This document shows positions 12,679-23,112 of a stretch of 28,080 nucleotides of DNA, piece by piece. Numbering within the stretch: position 1 is the stretch's first letter; the number at the start of each line of letters is the position of its first letter. Origin of the DNA: Octopus sinensis (lineage: Eukaryota); the NCBI RefSeq assembly GCF_006345805.1, contig NW_021827574.1, forward strand, positions 1-28,080, given 5' to 3'. A program made the position numbers and the translations under genes. The notes under the pieces are model-generated. The model had not been told where the DNA came from, did not search any database, and saw nothing but the letters and a program-made list of their open reading frames with translations.

Positions 12679-13093
12679 TTATCTTTTACTTGTTTCAGTC
12701 ATTAGACTGCGGCCATGCTGCAGCACCGCCTTGGAGAATTTTTAGTCGATTGAATCGACCTCAGTACTTATTTTTACTTTTAAACCGGGTATTTGTTCTA
12801 TCGGTCTCTTTTTCCGAATCGCTGAGCTACGGGAACGTAAACACATCAACACCAGTTGTCAAGCGGTGGTGTGGGACAAACACAGACGCAAAGCCATACA
12901 CACACACGTACGCGCGCACACTATACATATATATGACGGGCTTCTTTCAGTTTCCGTCTATCAAATCTACTCAACAAGGCTTTGGTCGGCCCGAGGCTAT
13001 AGTAGAAATTGCCCAAGGTACCATGTAGTGGGACTGAACCCGTAGCTATGTGGTTGAGAAGCAAGCTTCTTACTACACTGCCGCACCAGCGCC
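12679..13093 (-). mobile_element. SINE group A, full length with internal microsatellite
   Basis: Reverse complement of 19385-19800 along its whole length. Confidence 0.9.
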
Positions 13094-13124
13094 TCTTCAC
13101 AGAACATGTTACGTATTTTTATGG

Positions 13125-13290
13125 AGCTCGAACGAGTGAAAGGATTCAGTCGACTTGGGCAGGATTTGAACTTAAAACATAAAGGAACATAACTAAATAC
13201 CACAAAGTAGTTTTCCATATTGTGGAGTTCGAATCCCGTTGAAATCAACTTTGTCATCATCCATTAGAGGTCGATAAATAAAGAACCAGC
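13125..13290. mobile_element. Two decayed SINE group B fragments in opposite orientations
   Basis: gaaaggattcagtcgacttgggcaggatttgaactt (minus) and gagttcgaatcccgttgaaatcaactttgtcatcatcc...gtcgataaataaagaaccag (plus) resemble the B core. Confidence 0.5.
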
Positions 13291-13704
13291 CAAGTAATTA
13301 GGACATTCTTTCATTTTCTCTTGTTTGTTGGTTTCTTTTCTTTTTCTTTCCTACTGTCTCTCAATATGTCTGTCTGTCTGTCTGTTTGTCTCTATCTATG
13401 AAGTCTGTCTGTCTCTCCTCCTCTCTTTCGCTTTCTTAGCTGCTTTGGGAAAAGTTCATTGACTCGTTACTCGCAGTGTCCTGTTCTATTGAGGAACAAA
13501 GCGGAGCAAAATTAGGGGTTAACAACGTTTTCCCGTTCGATAAACCACACAAATTAAAGGGTGGACAGTGGTCAAATTGAAATGCTGTCCTGCACGGCAC
13601 GGTTGAAAATAGAATTGTCCATACGCTCAACCCATTCTGCCAAGCCACGCCAAAAATCAAAACATGGAATGTTTCATCAATTTTCTGTTGTTTATGACAG
13701 TTGT

Positions 13705-13950
13705 GGTGAAAGTGGCTTTGTGGTTAGGGTGTTGAGCTCACAATCGTGAGTTCGCAGTTTCGATTCCTGAATGGAAAGGTGCGGTGTGTCCTTGCGCTAA
13801 ACACTTCGTTTCATGTTGCCTCAGTTCGCTCAGCTGTAAATGTGCAACCCCGCGACGGATTGGCGTCCCGTTCAGGGAAAGTATTGCGATCTCGGTCACT
13901 TATACGCCATGGAAACCGTGTAACCGGCCCTAAACGTCTTATGACTCGAG
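13705..13950 (+). mobile_element. SINE group C
   Basis: gtggttagggtgttgagctcacaatcgtgag...tttcgattcct head; aaacacttcgtttcatgttgcctcagttcgctcagctgtaaatg core. Confidence 0.75.
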
Positions 13951-14084
13951 ACAGTAACGATCAAGGGCTGCTGCTGCTGCTGATCGTCATATCCCTGTGG
14001 ATGCTGTTATATACTGCTGGTCACAGTGTTATTCCTATTATTATTGTAGCTTTTAAATGACGCTACCCTGCTTGCAAGCCAAAA

Positions 14085-14305
14085 AGGCAAGCAAATGGTT
14101 TATAAGTGGCCGAGATCACAACACCTCCCCTGAACCGGAGGCAAGTCCGTTGCAGATTTACCCATTTTTGCCAGCTGAGTAAACTGGAGGAACGGGAAAA
14201 ATGAACTGTTTTGCTGAGAAACAACACATCGCGCGGTCCTGAAATCGAACTCACGGTGTTAGGATCGTGAGAACAGCACCGTAACCACAAGGTAACTCGC
14301 CTTCA
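14085..14305 (-). mobile_element. SINE group C (inverted relative to 13705-13950)
   Basis: The reverse complement reads gtggttacggtgctgttctcacgatc...gagttcgatttcagg...cagcaaaacagttcattt...ctcagctgg...ggttcagggga...gatctcggccacttata. Confidence 0.75.
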
Positions 14306-14521
14306 CGATGTGGCAGATGTAAACACTTAGTTCCACCTCCACCCTTTCCTTGCGGAGCATCGTTCTTATTTTGTTTTTCTAATTTCAGTACAATTCCCGG
14401 CTGTCGTCGTTTATTGTCGTTCTTGTTTCATCTCGTAAACAATCCACACGGGAGAAAAGTGTTGCTTTATGTTTTCTTTACACGAATAAACTAATTAATT
14501 ATCAGCATAGAAGACACTTCG

Positions 14522-14720
14522 TGAAGACGCATGGCTTGGTGGACTGGGGGAGGGGGTTGGGTGGCGGGTGGTCTGCAGTCATGTGATTGTGATTTCGATT
14601 CCTGTATCGGGTGCTGCGTTGTGTTCTTGGGCAAGATCCTTCATTTCATGTTGTTCCATTTCATTCGGCAATAAATAAAATAAATTCCAGCATTAGCTGA
14701 GAAGTTACCCCTCCGACAAA
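14522..14720 (+). mobile_element. SINE group C, diverged
   Basis: gaagacgcatggcttggtgg...gatttcgattcctg...gttgtgttcttgggcaagatccttcatttcatgttgttcc. Confidence 0.65.
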
Positions 14721-14744
14721 CCGATTGTCAAGTGGTGGTGACAC

Positions 14745-14783
14745 ACATACATGCACGCACACACACACACACGCATATACACA

Positions 14784-14833
<50 letters not shown>
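14745..14833. repeat. (CA)n microsatellite
   Basis: Direct reading. Confidence 0.95.
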
Positions 14834-14835
<2 letters not shown>

Positions 14836-15185
14836 TCTATATATGTTAATACAATGGATACAATTGTTGGCTTTGTAAGGTAAATTCTACAACAAAGATG
14901 TGATTTTCTCTATACGTATCTTTGGTCACAAAATACTCTGAATTTCTGAATTTCTGGAAATTCTCTTAAATGATATTTAGATCTACTTGTCATACATGAG
15001 GAATTAGCTTGGATGTGTATTCGCCTTACATTTACTGGTGTCTGATTGTTGGATATTGTTAATCAAATTCGTTTAAAACCGAGTGCTTTATTGATATCGA
15101 ATTAAATTTTAAAATCCCTTTATTCTTCTCTCTTTCTCGCTCTCTCTGTCTTTGTCTATCTCTGTATATATATATATATATACAT

Positions 15186-15345
15186 ACGACGGGTTTCCTC
15201 GCAATTTTTGTCGACCAAATTCACTCGCAAGTTATTGGTTGGGCCGGGACTAAAACAGAAGACACTTGCTCATAGTGCCCTGCAAGAAGAACTGAATCCG
15301 AAATCATGTGCTCGTAAAGTTAGTCCCTTAACCACACAACCATAC
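15186..15345 (-). mobile_element. SINE group A, old 5' half
   Basis: acgacgggtttc...gaagacacttgc...actgaatccg...taaccacacaacc is homologous to other group A heads. Confidence 0.65.
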
Positions 15346-15779
15346 CTGACCTCGCCCCCCCACCCCAAAATTAATGACAAATCCTTTTTTTTCAGTAAGC
15401 GATTTGTTCCGGTTTCAAGTAAGAAAACTTCGTCATTTGATCTCCAGATATGTTTGAAGTGGCATGGTCTTTCTCTTCTCTGTTGTTCCTACGCCTTCGT
15501 TTCAATCTTTCTTTTGGTCAACACTAAAGATCTGAAGCAAAAATATGTTTTTAAGAATATCAAGACACGTTTTAGAAAGTTATAATCAGCCTCGATGATA
15601 AATGAGGCTGATAATTAGCTGGAGAGACCAAACAGTAAATGAATTCATATATTTTTTAAATATAAAGCAATTATTTGTTTCATTATGGAAATATGTAACT
15701 GTTGTTGGGAAAAATATTGGTCGTAGCAGTGTTGTGAAAATCATATTTGTCGGTCGCTTAAAGCATGTACTTCTTATTT

Positions 15780-16020
15780 GATTAGCAAGCCGTTGCGTTC
15801 ACTACTTGGACATAACGAACTTGTCTGAAGGAAATCTTCATGTGGAGGCGTGTTCTGCTAGAAATAGAAGCCAAATCTTCCTCAAAGAATACCCCGACGT
15901 CTTACAAAAATGAGAGAAAAAAGACACTGCACAAAGTAGTCTTAGATTTCCAAAAAGAGAGATGGTCATGGCCGTAATGTTTTTGATAATAGGTCTGCCT
16001 AGGGCTAAACAACAACAAAA
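15780..16020. repeat. Unclassified dispersed repeat fragment
   Basis: ctagaaatagaagccaaat (15858-15876) recurs as ctagaaatagcagccagat (9011-9029); family not assignable from this window. Confidence 0.35.
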
Positions 16021-16339
16021 GCAGAGTTTTCTAGAGCTTTGTATTTTAATACTTGTAAATATTTACAGGAAGGATAAGTATTTTTTCAATAACGTGTCTA
16101 TTCATTCTTAATGCATTCCAGCGAATTCGGACGCGAATATGCTGATCGCTGAAAAAATCTCATTCCTTTAGACGATGCACGTTCATAGCACCCGCGACTA
16201 ATCGACGTAAGGTGACTAAGACAACTCTTTAGAAAGCTGCTCCAGACCAATGGATCTAAACGAAAGTAGTGGCACTTGTTTATCGAAATCAGCAAAGAAA
16301 ATATTTGCTGATGAGAGCTGATGCCTGTCAGACCGATTA

Positions 16340-16654
16340 CAATTCATGGGATGCACAGAAAATAATAGAAATCTGAACAAGAATGCATCAGTTCATTCTT
16401 AATACGTATCTGACAAATTCGAACACGATTATGCTGATTGCTGCTGTATTTCTTTCTACGGACACCATATACCCCTTTCAGACGATGTGTGTTCACAACA
16501 TACACGTATCATTAACGCAATGGTACTTTGAGACACCGCTATGTTTCGACCTCATTGTATGTCTCCTTAGTCAAAGCTACTTCGGGTTAATGAATCTGTC
16601 AGAACGTATGAAGGATGAACAGATTTTCAGTTTTGTGTGCACCCCATGAATTAG
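16340..16654. mobile_element. MITE-like element with about 38-bp imperfect TIRs, flanked by TA (Tc1/mariner-type signature)
   Basis: 16337-16375 ttacaattcatgggatgcacagaaaa...aaatctg versus the reverse complement of 16620-16657 ttactaattcatggggtgcacacaaaa...aaatctg (core 20/22 identical); TA at 16338-16339 and 16655-16656. Confidence 0.6.
16523..16580 (-). ncRNA. Type I hammerhead ribozyme motif with G5A core variant (probably inactive)
   Basis: Minus strand: GUA-G-CUUUGA [CUAAGGA] GAC-auacaaugag-GUC [GAAA] CA-uagcgg-UG [UC] UCAAAG-UAC. Stem I CUUUGA/UCAAAG (+3 bp beyond a bulge), stem II GAC/GUC, stem III ACA/UGU, GUC cleavage triplet. The only core deviation is G5 to A. Confidence 0.7.
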
Positions 16655-16732
16655 TAAGTAACTTTTTAATACAAAATCTATACTTTTACAGATATTATGA
16701 GCAGTAATAAAGTAGCAAGAATGACAAACTTA

Positions 16733-17040
16733 TTCTATTAGTTTCTTTTGCCGAACTGCTAAGTTATGGGGACGTAAACACACCAGCATCGGTTGTCAAG
16801 CGATATTGGGGGGGGACAAACACAGACACACAAACATATATATTAACACACACACATATATATATAACCATATATACGCCGGGCTTCTTTCAGTTTCCGT
16901 CTACCAAATCCACTCACAAGGCTTTGGTCGGCCCGAGGCTATAGTAGAAGACACTTGCCCAAGATACCACACAGTGGGACTGAACCCGGAACCATGTGGT
17001 TGGTAAGCAAGCTACTTACCACACAGCCACTTCTACACCT
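16733..17040 (-). mobile_element. SINE group A, 3'-partial copy
   Basis: Near-identical to the reverse complement of 19385-19680 (e.g. gggcttctttcagtttccgtctaccaaatccactcacaaggctttggtcggcccgaggctatagtagaagacacttgccc). Confidence 0.9.
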
Positions 17041-17054
17041 ATGATAGGTAGTGA

Positions 17055-17290
17055 AGACGTGTGGTTCAGTGGTTAGGGTGTTGCAGTCATAATCAGACGA
17101 TCGAGGCTTCGATTCCCGCACCGAGCGGTTCGTTGTGTTCTTGAGCAAAACACTTCATTTCATGTTGCTCCAGTCCATCCATCTCTAAATGAGTAACCAT
17201 GAGACAAGCCAACGGCCTGTTCAGGGGCAAATGTTGCGCTCTCAGTCACTTATATACTATGTGAGCCAGGTAGCCGGGTAGCCGACCCAA
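17055..17290 (+). mobile_element. SINE group C
   Basis: gtggttcagtggttagggtg A-box, ggcttcgattccc B-box, cttgagcaaaacacttcatttcatgttgctccagtcc core. Confidence 0.8.
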
Positions 17291-17326
17291 CGAGTCAGAG
17301 CAGTCGAGATAGTACTGTCCAGAGGT

Positions 17327-17345
17327 TGTTGATGATGATGACGAC

Positions 17346-17383
<38 letters not shown>

Positions 17384-17440
17384 CGATGACGACAATGATG
17401 ACGACAGTGGCGATAACGATGTTGACGATGATGATGATTG
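17327..17440. repeat. (GAT)n/(GAC)n trinucleotide array
   Basis: Direct reading; source of the poly-His ORF 17257..17469. Confidence 0.9.
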
Positions 17441-17732
17441 TAGGTCCCCTTACTACAACGACAGATCATTGATTGACCATTAGAAGTATCAACAGCTCCT
17501 CAGCAAAGCCAAGCACAGGTAATGTAGAAAGGAAGAAAAAAATGGCTTCCTGTAGTAATTAAACGCATCATTAGAGAATGTGAACGACTCAACATTAAAA
17601 TGGACAACAAATCCTTTAGTTCAATATTTGAGCAAAAATGTACAAACGAACGGTTGATCTGTCCTTACCTGCACACAGAACATACACACATACAAACAGA
17701 CACCCTCACACTTATGTATAAACAAATATATG

Positions 17733-17770
<38 letters not shown>

Positions 17771-18898
17771 TCCTACACAAACATGCACGCATATATATAT
17801 ATATAATATATATATATATAATATATATATATATATGTATATAATGACACACATGTATAGACATGCATTTTTATACACATATATATTGCGTAATTAGTGT
17901 GTTTATGATGTACTTTTGAAAAAGACAGGTGCTTGAACAAAAAGACAGGTGCGTGCATCAATTAAGCAACTGCATATTTAATTAATGTAAATATATAGAC
18001 ACATCCACACACAAGCACATCATATAGATCTATATATGCATTCACATGCATATATATATATATAGGTGTATATATATATGCATATAAATATCGATATGTT
18101 CCCATAAATATATATATATATATATGTGTATAAATATACGCACAGAGAGAGAGGTACGCATACACACACACTCACATATGTATACCCCCACAAGCATGTA
18201 TACAGATTTCATAACGAGGAGACAGGTGCAAAGTAAAACAGTATGAAGGCCTCCCTTCACTATGTGATGCAGACCATGACTGAAGACAACTTGAATGCAC
18301 GTTCATTGTATTGGAAAGATGAAGGGGAAAATACTACAAAAGAAAGCATATTTCCGTTGCCATAACAACAAGTTTTCGTCTGCACAGGAAATGAAGTGAT
18401 TCAAAATTAACCGACAGCGATAAAAATAATTTGCACCCCTCCCACCCCGAAATCAACACAAACACCGGAACACATATGCACACCACATTCAAAATTATAA
18501 TCTCATTCATCGCCATCGTTTATCGCCATATATACACCATACACACGGAATCGGATATACACACAGTCGTATATATATATATATATATATATATATTTAC
18601 ATGTATGTATGTATGGCTTTTAGTGAATATAGCTCGTACTCACGCTATATTGTTAGTATAATACATTTAGGTGTCTGCATTATAATTACATCTGATTTAA
18701 AGAGGCTCCCTCGCCCACGCATACATGAACACACATACATGCGTAAATACATCAATTAACGCTCATACACATACACACACTCGTAAAAGTACATACAGAT
18801 GCACAAACATACATACAAGCGAACACACACATACACACTCATTCACACACGTATACACACACACACACACATGCTAGCATAAAAATTGTTCTACATGT

Positions 18899-19115
18899 TC
18901 TTTTATCTTTTACTTGTTTCAGTCACTGGACAGCGGCCATGCTGGGGCACCGCATGGAAGTGTTTTGCCAGACTCCGGTACTTATGTTTAATAGTTTATT
19001 TATTTTAAAGTTTTGTCCTTATTCAATCGTTCTCTTTTACCGAACCGCTAAGTAACGGGAGCGTAAACAAACCAACACCACTTGTCAAGCAGTGGGGAGG
19101 AGGGTGACACAGACA
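18899..19115 (-). mobile_element. SINE group A, 3' half
   Basis: ttttatcttttacttgtttcagtc...gcggccatgctggggcaccgc...cgaaccgctaagtaacggg matches 12679-12860. Confidence 0.85.
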
Positions 19116-19130
19116 TATATGTATGTATGA

Positions 19131-19172
<42 letters not shown>

Positions 19173-19384
19173 CATTCGCCATGATAGATCGCTAGCCACT
19201 AAACCTTTTTTATTTTTCCTCCCTGTTTATTTCTGTGTTCCTTTCTGTTGAAGAGCACCCTCCCCCAATTTCGGGCCTCGGGCCTAGATTAGAAAAGAAT
19301 ATACATATAAAATGGCGGTGCCCCAGCATGGCCACTGCTCATGAGCTGAAACTAGAATCAATCAATCAATCAATCATATATACA

Positions 19385-19800
19385 GGCGCAGGAGTGATGT
19401 GTGGTAAGTAGCTTGCTAACCAACCACATGGTTGCGGGTTCAGTCCCACTGCGTGGCATCTTGGGCAAGTGTCTTCTGCTATAGCCCCGGGCCGACCAAT
19501 GCCTTGTGAGTGGATTTGGTAGACGGAAACTGAAAGAAGCCTGTCGTATATATGTATATATATATATATATATATGTATATGTGTGTGTGATTGTGTGTC
19601 TGTGTTTGTCCCCTAGCATTGCTTGTCAACCGATGCTGGTGTGTTTACGTCCCCGTCACTTAGCGGTTCGGCAAAGAGACCGATAGAATAAGTACTGGGC
19701 TTACAAAGAATAAGTCCCGGGGTCGATTTGCTCGACTAAAGGCGGTGCTTCAGCATGGCCGCAGTCAAATGACTGAAACAAGTAAAAGAGTAAAAGAAAA
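19385..19800 (+). mobile_element. SINE group A, full length (tRNA-like head, internal TA/TG microsatellite, 3' domain)
   Basis: Head ggcgcaggagtgatgtgtggtaag...gggttcagtccc; internal (TA)n/(TG)n at about 19546-19590; tail ending gactgaaacaagtaaaagagtaaaag. Best-preserved copy in the window. Confidence 0.9.
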
Positions 19801-19849
19801 AAAAGATATATATGTGTGTGTGTGTATGTGCACATGTATGAATATGTTC

Positions 19850-20047
19850 GTATCTCTTTGTATTTGGCGTTGAGTTTGCTTCACAACTAGTTTTTGATTG
19901 TTTACGTCCTTTTACTATTAGCGGTTGAGCAAGTGAGACTGGTAGAGTAAGTACGTGGCTCTTAAAAAGAAGTCCTGGAGTGTTCGAGTAAACCCTGTAA
20001 GGCGATGCCCCAGCATTGCCACAGTCCAATGGATGAAAGAAGTAAAA
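19850..20047 (+). mobile_element. SINE group A, diverged 3' half
   Basis: gattgtttacgtcc...tagcggttgagcaagtgagac...aggcgatgccccagcattgccacagtccaatggatgaaagaagtaaaa. Confidence 0.7.
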
Positions 20048-21596
20048 TATATATATATATATATATATGTGTGTACACATACATATATATATATGCACGC
20101 GCGCCTATATATATAGCCTCCTGAACATCTTCCGCCTATAATATTTCACTCACTGAGCAATTGTTAGCTCGTGGTTATAAAAAAGCCGCTTGAATACGCT
20201 GCCGTCGAATGGGATCGAGCGTGGAGCCATGTAGTTGAGAAGTAACCTTTGTAATCACATAATCATGCTTTGTGTTTGTTGTTATTATTATTATTATTAC
20301 TGAAGGACGAGCATTCAACAAATGCGATACATTATATCTTTTTTTGTTTCTGTACTCTAAATTCTGAAATTCTAAAAGAAAACCCAAACCTCTTTTTATG
20401 TTAAAAGATGGATATTTGAGGTTTCCAACGAACCTGTGCATTTGAAATCCGAATCTTAAAGGAAAAAAAAAAAGAAAAGAAAAATTAAGCGTAGTTTGAA
20501 ATATCACTTCTAACTCAAAATTACAACATCAAATAAACGATTTTATTTTTTCCTGTGTTGCTTAAAACAAAAATTTAACAAAGAGAAATTAATATTTGGA
20601 AAAAAAAATTGATACGTGTGTTTGTTTTTCAAAATTAATATTAATTCTTTTATGTAAGAATAACACAGATATTCTTAGTTGAGATATAAATGGAATTACA
20701 TTACTAATTTTATTGTTGCTGTTGTTGTTGCAGTTATTTGCTGTATTTAAATTAGATAACAAGATCGCTCCTCATTATCTCTCATCCAAAATGCCCGATC
20801 ACGTTTTCAACATACGTAAACGCAACCAGCCATAATGAATCATTATCAGCGGAAAACAAAGCGGTTAATTCCCTTTTGATGAACTCTTAAACGGCTTTTT
20901 ATTGTATTTAGTAAAGAAATACAGCTGTATCTGATTGAGAAATAAAATGATTGATCACTCTCTAACTTGATCGCTAGTTTATATGAATTTTACTTAAAAA
21001 CGAGACTGAATTAACTGGAAAAGAAGAAAAAAATAAATGGTTTGACATCTTTTTGATGAACTTTGAAGTTGCTGTTATATTATTCAGTGAAGGCTGCTGT
21101 TATTCTGTTCAGCTTGTAGTCAACGCCGAGTCACCATTAACTGAAAATCAAAATGGCTGGTGATCGTTTAAGAAACTCGGAAACTGTTGCAATCGTATTC
21201 AATTTCCTTATCAGACCGTGTTATCGGTAGTTGCGATATAAAGTCTCCAGTTACATTATTTTCTTATCAAGACAACGATTTTGATATTAAGTACATACAT
21301 TACTTAAAAAGTAAAAGAAAAAAAAGAAAAAAATTAACAAATCTTGATATCTCCTTAATTTTACTTTCAGTTTTATATTCATGTAAATGAAATATAATAT
21401 GGTGGCCAACAATTAAAAACTGATTTGGGTTATCACGTTCTGATCCATCATAAACTATGTCCAGGGACTGATTGTAGTCTTATTTATTATTTCGAATATT
21501 AACAAAGCAAGTTCTATGAAATAAGATTATTTACATGATCACAAATTGATAACCCTGGAAGCGCATTCTAATTTACTTGATTTTACAAAGCTTTTG

Positions 21597-21660
<64 letters not shown>
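21597..21660. repeat. (AAT)n microsatellite
   Basis: Direct reading. Confidence 0.95.
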
Positions 21661-21664
<4 letters not shown>

Positions 21665-22174
21665 TGCCCTGATGTGGCTCTCGTGGCTTCTGATCTTAAC
21701 TGATTGGAAGTGTTATCATGTACATTGTTTTGGGCTACAGCAAATATTCTGCTCAATACCACAGATTGGCTTGTCAGTTGTTTGACTTAATCAGTTGAGC
21801 ATGTCCCTTAGTGGCTGACGATATATGCATCTTTCGCCACGAGCAGAAGTAGTGGAGGAGCATCATAGCCATGTGTTGGGAGGAATTCTTTGGGCTTTGA
21901 TAATTCACCTATGGAAACAAAGGTGTTTCATTAATCATCTTAAAATGATCGTTATTCAGGGACCTTTTTGAGTGAGATGGGCTAGTCAACCTGAGGAAAA
22001 TTCTAACTGGGCCCCACCTGCAAGGTCATGCGTTGTTTATCTTGATATGAGATCACTATATCGCGCACATATGCTTGTGATGCATGTGCCTAGTGTACCC
22101 TTATCAGACGGGTAGTCATGATGGATATACTGGGTTTACCGCAGTGTCACTTTGATGGCTTGCACTGCTCACTC
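21661..22174. mobile_element. Unclassified 514-bp element inserted in an (AAT)n array
   Basis: Complex, higher-GC sequence with sharp borders and (AAT)n on both sides; no ORF, TIR or tRNA box seen. Confidence 0.55.
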
Positions 22175-22193
22175 AATAATAATAATAATGATA

Positions 22194-22259
<66 letters not shown>

Positions 22260-22326
22260 TAATATAATAATAATAATAATAATAATAATGATATAATAAT
22301 AATAATAATATAATAATAATAATAAG

Positions 22327-22362
<36 letters not shown>

Positions 22363-22406
22363 TAATAATAATAATAATAATAATAATGATAATAATAATA
22401 ATAATA

Positions 22407-22444
<38 letters not shown>

Positions 22445-22450
22445 TTAATG

Positions 22451-22481
<31 letters not shown>

Positions 22482-22571
22482 TAATATAATAATAATAATA
22501 ATAATAAAATAATAATAAAATGATAATAATAATAATATAATAATAATATAATGATAATAATAATAAGAATA

Positions 22572-22649
<78 letters not shown>

Positions 22650-22686
22650 TAATAATAATAATATAATAATTATAATAATAATAATC
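22175..22686. repeat. About 510-bp imperfect (AAT)n array
   Basis: Direct reading; source of the poly-I/L/Y ORF 22173..22703. Confidence 0.95.
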
Positions 22687-23047
22687 CTTTCTACTATATG
22701 CACAAGGCCTGAACTTCGGGCGAGGGAGATAATCGATTACATCGACCCGTGCTTCACTGGTACTTAATTTATTAACCCCGAAAGGATGAAAAGCAAAGTC
22801 TACCTCGGCGGAGGAATTTGAATTCAGAACGTAACGGCAGACGAAATACCTATTTCTTAACTACCCACAAGGGGCTAAACACAGAGGGGACAAACAAGGA
22901 CTGACAAACGGATTAAGTCGATTACATCGACCCCAGTGCGTAACTGGTACTTTATTTATCGACCCCGAAAGGATGAAAAGCAAAGTCGACCTCGGCGGAA
23001 TTTGAACTAAGAACGTAGCGGCAGAGAAAATACCGCTAAGCATTTCA
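22684..23047 (-). mobile_element. Composite SINE group B (X-tail unit in front of a Y-tail host)
   Basis: Two B cores; junction gacgaaatacc|tatttct at about 22850, at the same position as the junction at 7332. Confidence 0.9.
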
Positions 23048-23112
23048 CCGTCTTAATAACAACAATAACAACAACAACAACAACGACGACGACGACGACG
23101 ATGATGATGATG

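Noticed and set aside
15446-15457. agatatgtttga matches the first 12 nt of miR-190
   Set aside because: The rest of the mature sequence does not match and no precursor hairpin is evident.
15586-15613. Small perfect inverted repeat atcagcctc...gaggctgat
   Set aside because: A 9-bp stem is expected by chance in 28 kb and is too short for a pre-miRNA.
16098-16295. Minus-strand ORF containing LDPLVW (superficially like GPCR TM7)
   Set aside because: It overlaps the decayed tandem copy of the MITE/hammerhead unit, and no other TM segments are present.
17310-17520. Asp-rich frame followed by KYQQLLSKAKH and a CAG|GTAATG donor
   Set aside because: The frame is bounded by in-frame TAG codons, has no ATG or good acceptor, and the Asp run is a (GAT)n microsatellite.
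21153-21230. aaaATGG start giving MAGDRLRNSETVAIVFNFLIRPCYR*
   Set aside because: Only 25 aa, no convincing donor and no recognised homology.
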